DNA of 64,000 bases. It comes from Candidatus Versatilivorator sp. Lineage in GTDB: Bacteria; Acidobacteriota; Terriglobia; Versatilivoradales; Versatilivoraceae. The notes beneath the pieces are model-generated. The model ran no database searches. It was not told where the DNA came from and saw only the letters and a program-made list of their open reading frames with translations. Numbering within the stretch: the first letter of the stretch is position 1; each line of letters starts with the position of its first letter. Below, piece after piece: positions 59,265 through 64,000 of the stretch. The DNA is taken from NCBI GenBank assembly GCA_965207735.1, contig OZ242296.1, positions 4,128,001 to 4,192,000 of the forward strand, given 5' to 3'. A program made the translations under genes and the position numbers.

Positions 59265-60320
59265 TCAACTCCAACTGCTTTTGAGAAACTCGATCCAGTT
59301 TCCGTGCATGACCCTGGCGACGTCCGCATCGGCGTAGCCCCGCTTGCGGAGGATCTCGGGAATGCGCTGCAGGTCGGCGATGGTGTCCATGTCGCAGGGA
59401 GCCTGCTCTTTCCCATAGCCCCCATCCAGATCGGTCCCGATCCCCGCGTGGTTGCAGTTGCCCGCTACCTGGCAGATGTGGTCCATGTGGTCGGCCACCG
59501 TCTCCAGCGTGATGCCGCTGTTGTCGATCGCCTGATGGTCCCACAGGGGTGAGAGCATCCAGTCGTCCAGGGCCACCCCGATAACCCCGGACCTCTCCAC
59601 GATGGCCCGAATCTGGCTGTCCTCGAACTGACGGTCATGGTCGCAGAGAGCCCGGCAACAGTTGTGGGTGGCCAGCACCCGGCCCCCGAAGCCGTCCAGG
59701 GCCTCCCAGAAGGCCTGATCGGCCAGATGGGTCAGGTCCAGCAGCATGCCGGCTGCATCCAGAGCTTTCAGAAGGGGACGCCCGCGGGGCGTCAAGCCCC
59801 CGGGAGCCTGGGTCCCGTGGGAATAACTGCTGACGCCGTAGTGGCACAGGCTCACCACCCGGAGGCCTTCATCCCACCACTCCGGAACCTGCTCGGGAGA
59901 GACGATGCCGTCGGCTCCTTCCATGGTGAGCACAAACCCCAGGGGGGTGGAACTGGGGTCCCGTTCCCAATCCGTCAAATGAGCCTCCAAGCCCTGGCGA
60001 TCCCGGATCTGACGGAGTACTCCCTTGGACTCCATCAGGCGATAGTAGGCCAGCTCGCCGCGGCACCTGGCATAGGCGATGTCCTGGTTTCGCACCCCGG
60101 AGAAGCGTTTTCCCATGGATGCGACCCGGCAGGCAACGGTAACGAAAAAGAGCCCGATCTCTCCCCGGCGCTGCTCCTCGTAGTTGACCATGTTGAGGCC
60201 CCGGCCCTTTTGGGCCATGCCGGCTTCCGATTCCCGGATCCCGGCAATGCTCTGCAACAGGTCCCGGTTCCATTCAAGGGCATTGTGAGCAATATCGATG
60301 TGCGAATCGACAATCAGCAT
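59265..60320 (-). CDS. Membrane (renal) dipeptidase family M19
   Basis: DSHID, MEGAD, DLTH, ATHN and IGTDLDG motifs. Confidence 0.93.
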   Translation of the reverse strand: MLIVDSHIDIAHNALEWNRDLLQSIAGIRESEAGMAQKGRGLNMVNYEEQRRGEIGLFFVTVACRVASMGKRFSGVRNQDIAYARCRGELAYYRLMESKGVLRQIRDRQGLEAHLTDWERDPSSTPLGFVLTMEGADGIVSPEQVPEWWDEGLRVVSLCHYGVSSYSHGTQAPGGLTPRGRPLLKALDAAGMLLDLTHLADQAFWEALDGFGGRVLATHNCCRALCDHDRQFEDSQIRAIVERSGVIGVALDDWMLSPLWDHQAIDNSGITLETVADHMDHICQVAGNCNHAGIGTDLDGGYGKEQAPCDMDTIADLQRIPEILRKRGYADADVARVMHGNWIEFLKSSWS

Positions 60321-60518
60321 CTGGTAAAAACCCTCCCTTGCAGTATCTGACTCTCGGTCAGTTCCAAGCCCGAAGTCAAGACCCTTGGGCGGGTCAAGCG
60401 TAGCACCGGCGCCGCGCCAATTCCATCACTTTGTGGAACGTCGGCCTGGGAAGGAACATGGGTGCCTCCGCCATTTTTGAAACCATTGAGGGTCGTCCAC
60501 GGAGGCCCAAAAAAAGTA

Positions 60519-60558
60519 ATCCACCAAGCAGCACGAAGGACGACGAAGAGCCACAAAG
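60519..60558. repeat. CACGAAG-type tandem array related to 29634-29673
   Basis: ATCCACCAAGCAGCACGAAGGACGACGAAGAGCCACAAAG vs ATCCACGAAGAGGCACGAAGGACCACGAAGGGCCACTAAG. Confidence 0.65.
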
Positions 60559-60616
60559 GGCTTGGAGAAAGCTCCAGAGGGATCGGCCAAGGGTCGGGAA
60601 AAAGAAAACTAACATG

Positions 60617-61064
60617 GAGGCGTTTGCAAAATTCGGCAGCGGGACCTTTGCCGGGAATGGCCACAAAAGGCACAAAAACACAAAAAGAACCATCGGATGG
60701 GCACGTCTCGAAATCAAGAAACTCGTTTTGTGCCTTTTGTGCTTTTTGTGGTTTCTGTTGTCTCTTGTGCTTATCGTGGTGAATGCTGGAGCCTGCAGCA
60801 CATCATCCTTGCCGCCTCAATGTCATTCCCGATTGCGATATTTGCAAAAGGCTCATCATTAACATGGATGCACAGGATAACCAGGACGGGACGCTGCTGC
60901 ACGAGAAGCCGGCTCCGGCAATGATCGTGTGCGGATTTGCGGATGCTCAGATTACAAGCCTGCCGTTTCCTGAAAAAATCCTGTGCATCCTGTGCATCCA
61001 TGTGAATCAAAACCTGTTCCGAGCCTCCATAAAACGGTTGGCTGCGGAATTTTGCAAAAGGCTC
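60617..61064. mobile_element. Composite MITE-like element(s) with TTTGCAAAAGGCTC-type ends carrying two GxxExxY remnants
   Basis: GAGGCGTTTGCAAAATTCGGCAGC (60617-60640) matches the reverse complement of 61041-61064 at 21/24. An extra end lies at 60841-60854. Inner inverted arrays span 60661-60751 and 60862-61003. Confidence 0.7.
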
Positions 61065-61246
61065 ATATGAAAAAAATTTCGATTCCCGGCACTGGGCCGC
61101 TTCCACTCGCCCGCGTTCCCTCCCTGCCGGCGCTTCCGCCCCACCGGAGCCTCCGGCCCGATTGCTTCTGATTCGAGAAACATGCTACATTGGCTCGGTT
61201 GTCTGCTGTCGACCCCGGAGGCGACCACACCGCAAGGAAAACATCC

Positions 61247-62185
61247 GTGCCAATCAGTAAAATCATTCTGGCCAATCCCAGGGGCTTTTGCGCCGGGGTG
61301 GTCCGTGCCATCGAAGTGGTGGAGCGGGCGCTGGATCTTCTTCCCCCTCCGATCTACGTCTTCCACGAGATCGTCCACAACCGCCACGTGGTGGACCGTC
61401 TCAGCGGCCGTGGGGTTGTCTTCGTGAACCACCTGGACGAGGTCCCGGACGGTTCGGTCTGTATCTTCAGCGCCCACGGGGTGTCCCCGGCGGTCCGCCA
61501 GGTGGCCGAAGACAGGCAGCTTCAAGTGGTTGACGCCACCTGTCCCCTGGTCACCAAGGTCCACCTGGAGGCCATTCGGTTTACCCGGGAGGGATACTCC
61601 CTGGTGCTGATCGGCCATCCCGGCCACGACGAAGTCGACGGGACCATGGGCGAAGCTCCCATGCACCTGGTCAGTTCCGTCCAGGATGTCGACAGCCTTC
61701 AGGTCTCCAATCCCGACAAGGTGGTCTATCTGACCCAGACCACTCTCAGCCTGGACGACACGGCTCAGATCGTGGAGGCCCTGCGAACCCGCTACCCTCG
61801 GCTGAGCTCACCACCCAAGGACGATATCTGCTACGCCACCCAAAACCGCCAGAACGCCGTCAAGGACTTGGCGGAACAGGTCGACCTCATGCTGGTGGTG
61901 GGATCTTCCAACAGCTCCAACTCCCAGCGTCTGACCGAGGCGGCTCATGCAGCCGGCGTCCGCGCCTACCTGGTGAACGACGCAAGCGAGATTCGGTCCG
62001 AATGGCTGGAACAGGTCGAGGTGGTTGGGGTGACCGCCGGGGCGTCGGCTCCGGAACACATTGTATTGCAGGTGGTGGACTATCTGAGATCCTCCCAAGC
62101 GGTCCAGGTGGAGGGCCTGGAACTCGAGGACGAGCGCGTCCACTTCGCCATCCCCCAGGCGCTGGTTCAGATCGCGTCCCAATAG
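61247..62185 (+). CDS. ispH: 4-hydroxy-3-methylbut-2-enyl diphosphate reductase
   Basis: PRGFCAGV, EIVHN, SAHG, DATCPLV, HDEV, DICYATQNRQ, SSNS and TAGASAP motifs. Confidence 0.98.
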   Translation: MPISKIILANPRGFCAGVVRAIEVVERALDLLPPPIYVFHEIVHNRHVVDRLSGRGVVFVNHLDEVPDGSVCIFSAHGVSPAVRQVAEDRQLQVVDATCPLVTKVHLEAIRFTREGYSLVLIGHPGHDEVDGTMGEAPMHLVSSVQDVDSLQVSNPDKVVYLTQTTLSLDDTAQIVEALRTRYPRLSSPPKDDICYATQNRQNAVKDLAEQVDLMLVVGSSNSSNSQRLTEAAHAAGVRAYLVNDASEIRSEWLEQVEVVGVTAGASAPEHIVLQVVDYLRSSQAVQVEGLELEDERVHFAIPQALVQIASQ

Positions 62186-62313
62186 GCGGTTCACCCCCAC
62201 GCCTGCGCTCGATTCGACGGCAGCGCCTCGATTCAGCCAACCCCGGCAGAAAGGCAAGAGTCCTCTCGGGCGGACCGGTGGTGGCTGGCGCTCCCCAGGG
62301 AGGAAAATCCTCA

Positions 62314-62931
62314 ATGGATCGCCTCCAACCCCTTCACATCCTGGCCGCGTCGGGCAGTTCCCGTCCCGGTAACTATACCCGCAGGGTGCTGGCCCTGGCC
62401 GTCGAAGAACTTCAGAACCGACACCAGGTCCAGGTGGACCTGATCGATCTCGCCACCACCGATTTTCCCTTTCCGGGACAGGGCCCTTCCCAGACCACCC
62501 AAAGGGCACAGGAACTTGTCAAGGGGGCTGCCGGGATCCTGTTGGCCACCCCCGAGTACCACGGCAGCTACAGCAGCGCCATCAAGCGGTTCATCGAAAA
62601 CCTGGGATTCCCCTCCACCCTGGCAGGCAAGCCGGTGGCCCTGCTGGGAGCCGCCGCCGGACAGATCGGCGCGGTCAAGGCACTGGAGCACCTGGGCAGC
62701 GTCTGCTCCCACGTGGGGGCCTTTGTTCTGCCGGGGTCGGTCTCGGTCGCCCGGGTGCAGTCGGTCTTCGGCGAAAATGGCCAATGCCTGGATGCGGCCA
62801 TCGAAAAGCGGATTCGCGGATTGGCAACCCACCTGATGGACTACATCTACGACCGCATCGCTCCACGCGCAACTCTGGAGCAATCGGTGCGCGGCAACCA
62901 GACCGATCGGACGCGCCAGTTGTCCAACTGA
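62314..62931 (+). CDS. NADPH-dependent FMN reductase family protein
   Basis: GSSRPG, ATPEYHGS and AGKPV motifs; RBS GGAGG before ATG 62314. Confidence 0.92.
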   Translation: MDRLQPLHILAASGSSRPGNYTRRVLALAVEELQNRHQVQVDLIDLATTDFPFPGQGPSQTTQRAQELVKGAAGILLATPEYHGSYSSAIKRFIENLGFPSTLAGKPVALLGAAAGQIGAVKALEHLGSVCSHVGAFVLPGSVSVARVQSVFGENGQCLDAAIEKRIRGLATHLMDYIYDRIAPRATLEQSVRGNQTDRTRQLSN

Positions 62932-62960
62932 ACGGAGACGTTCGGTGCCGGGAAGCAGGA

Positions 62961-64000
62961 TTACCCGCCGGAATCGATGGGAAGTTGCGGCCGCTTGGGA
63001 TGGGGCCAGTCCAGATGGAAGCGGGCGCCTCGAGGTTGGTCGGTGCGCTCGTAGGTGTGGGCGCCGAAATAGTCTCGCTGGCCCTGCAGGAGATTGGCGG
63101 GAAGGAACTCCGAGCGGTAGCCGTCGTAGTAGGCCAGGGCCGACATGAAGGCCGGAGCTGCCAGGCCCGCCTGGGCCGCCAGGCTGACCACCCGGCGCCA
63201 ATGAGCCTGCCCCTCCCGAATCTGCCCCTCAAAATAGGGATCCAGCATCAGGTTGACCAGCTCGGGATCGCGAGTGTAGGCCTCGGTGATCTTTTGCAGG
63301 AACCGCGCGCGAATGATGCACCCGCCCCTCCAGATCCTGGCGATGGAGGCGAAGTCCAACTTCCAGCGGTATTCCACCTGGGCCTGGCGCATCAGCTGAA
63401 ACCCCTGGGCGTAGGCGCAGATCTTGGAACAGTAGAGGGCGTCACGGACGGCGGCAATCAATTCCCGGCGATCGCCCCGGTAGCTGAAGGCGGGACCGGA
63501 CAGTTGCCTGGATGCCTCGACGCGCTCGCTCTTGAGAGCGCTCAGGCAGCGGGCAAAGACGGCTTCGGCAATGGAGTTGGCCGGGATTCCCATGTCCAGG
63601 GCGTTCCCGCTGGTCCACTTTCCCGTGCCCTTTTGCTGAGCCGCATCCAGAATGCGATCCACCAGAAAGCCGTCGGGGTCGGCCGGATCGGGCTGGCGCA
63701 GGATTTCCGCCGTAATCTGGATCAGATAGGAGTCCAGATCCCCCTGGTTCCACTGGGCAAAGATCGCCGCCAGCTCATCCGACTTCAAGTCCAACAGCTT
63801 CTTCAGGAGGAAATAGGCTTCGGAGATGAGCTGCATGTCCACGTACTCGATGCCGTTGTGGATCATCTTGACATAGTGCCCCGCTCCGTTTTCCCCGATG
63901 TAGCTGGTGCAGGGCACCCCGCCCCGGACGGGCTTTCCGGGCTCTGCCGTCTCCATGGGCCTGCCGCTGCTCTCGTCCACCTTGGCCGCGATACTGTTCC
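62961..64000 (-). CDS. gnd: NADP-dependent 6-phosphogluconate dehydrogenase, 5' end outside the window
   Basis: [31 protein letters not shown] and [10 protein letters not shown] motifs. Confidence 0.97.
   Translation of the reverse strand, partial: NSIAAKVDESSGRPMETAEPGKPVRGGVPCTSYIGENGAGHYVKMIHNGIEYVDMQLISEAYFLLKKLLDLKSDELAAIFAQWNQGDLDSYLIQITAEILRQPDPADPDGFLVDRILDAAQQKGTGKWTSGNALDMGIPANSIAEAVFARCLSALKSERVEASRQLSGPAFSYRGDRRELIAAVRDALYCSKICAYAQGFQLMRQAQVEYRWKLDFASIARIWRGGCIIRARFLQKITEAYTRDPELVNLMLDPYFEGQIREGQAHWRRVVSLAAQAGLAAPAFMSALAYYDGYRSEFLPANLLQGQRDYFGAHTYERTDQPRGARFHLDWPHPKRPQLPIDSGG

Noticed and set aside
60314-61171. Hydrophobic short ORFs (LCLLCFLW, ILCILCIHV) as membrane peptides or toxins
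   Set aside because: The hydrophobic runs are simply translations of the triplet arrays.

Overview
This is a GC-rich bacterial chromosomal segment, most likely Acidobacteriota. That is inferred from the acidobacterial-type VWA protein, the short Fis-like HTH protein and the leuS-lptE-holA diderm operon. Most of it is housekeeping: cysS, smc, purC, cvpA, groESL with a perfect CIRCE, tatAC, ctpA, gatB, ygfZ, mtnA, hemH, holA/lptE/leuS, ilvE, recX, alaS, queF, ispH and a partial gnd. I saw no rRNA, tRNA, CRISPR array or intact transposase. Three things stand out. (1) A three-gene MNIO (DUF692)/DUF2063 RiPP-like cluster at 30041-32224, whose 12-Cys repeat precursor carries a twin-arginine-like leader. 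(2) At least five intergenic remnants of GxxExxY (PD-(D/E)XK-type) genes at 20.5, 22.4, 33.9, 60.7 and 60.9 kb. Four are bounded by inverted arrays of 9-10-nt units and the fifth keeps one array, and some sit inside MITE-like shells. This looks like a little-described nuclease-associated mobile or repeat element family. (3) A sigma-less partner-switching cassette wired to a periplasmic binding protein and a TorS-like kinase. All assignments come from motif recognition by eye and no database searches were run. Several start codons were moved from the ORF track on RBS and homology grounds.
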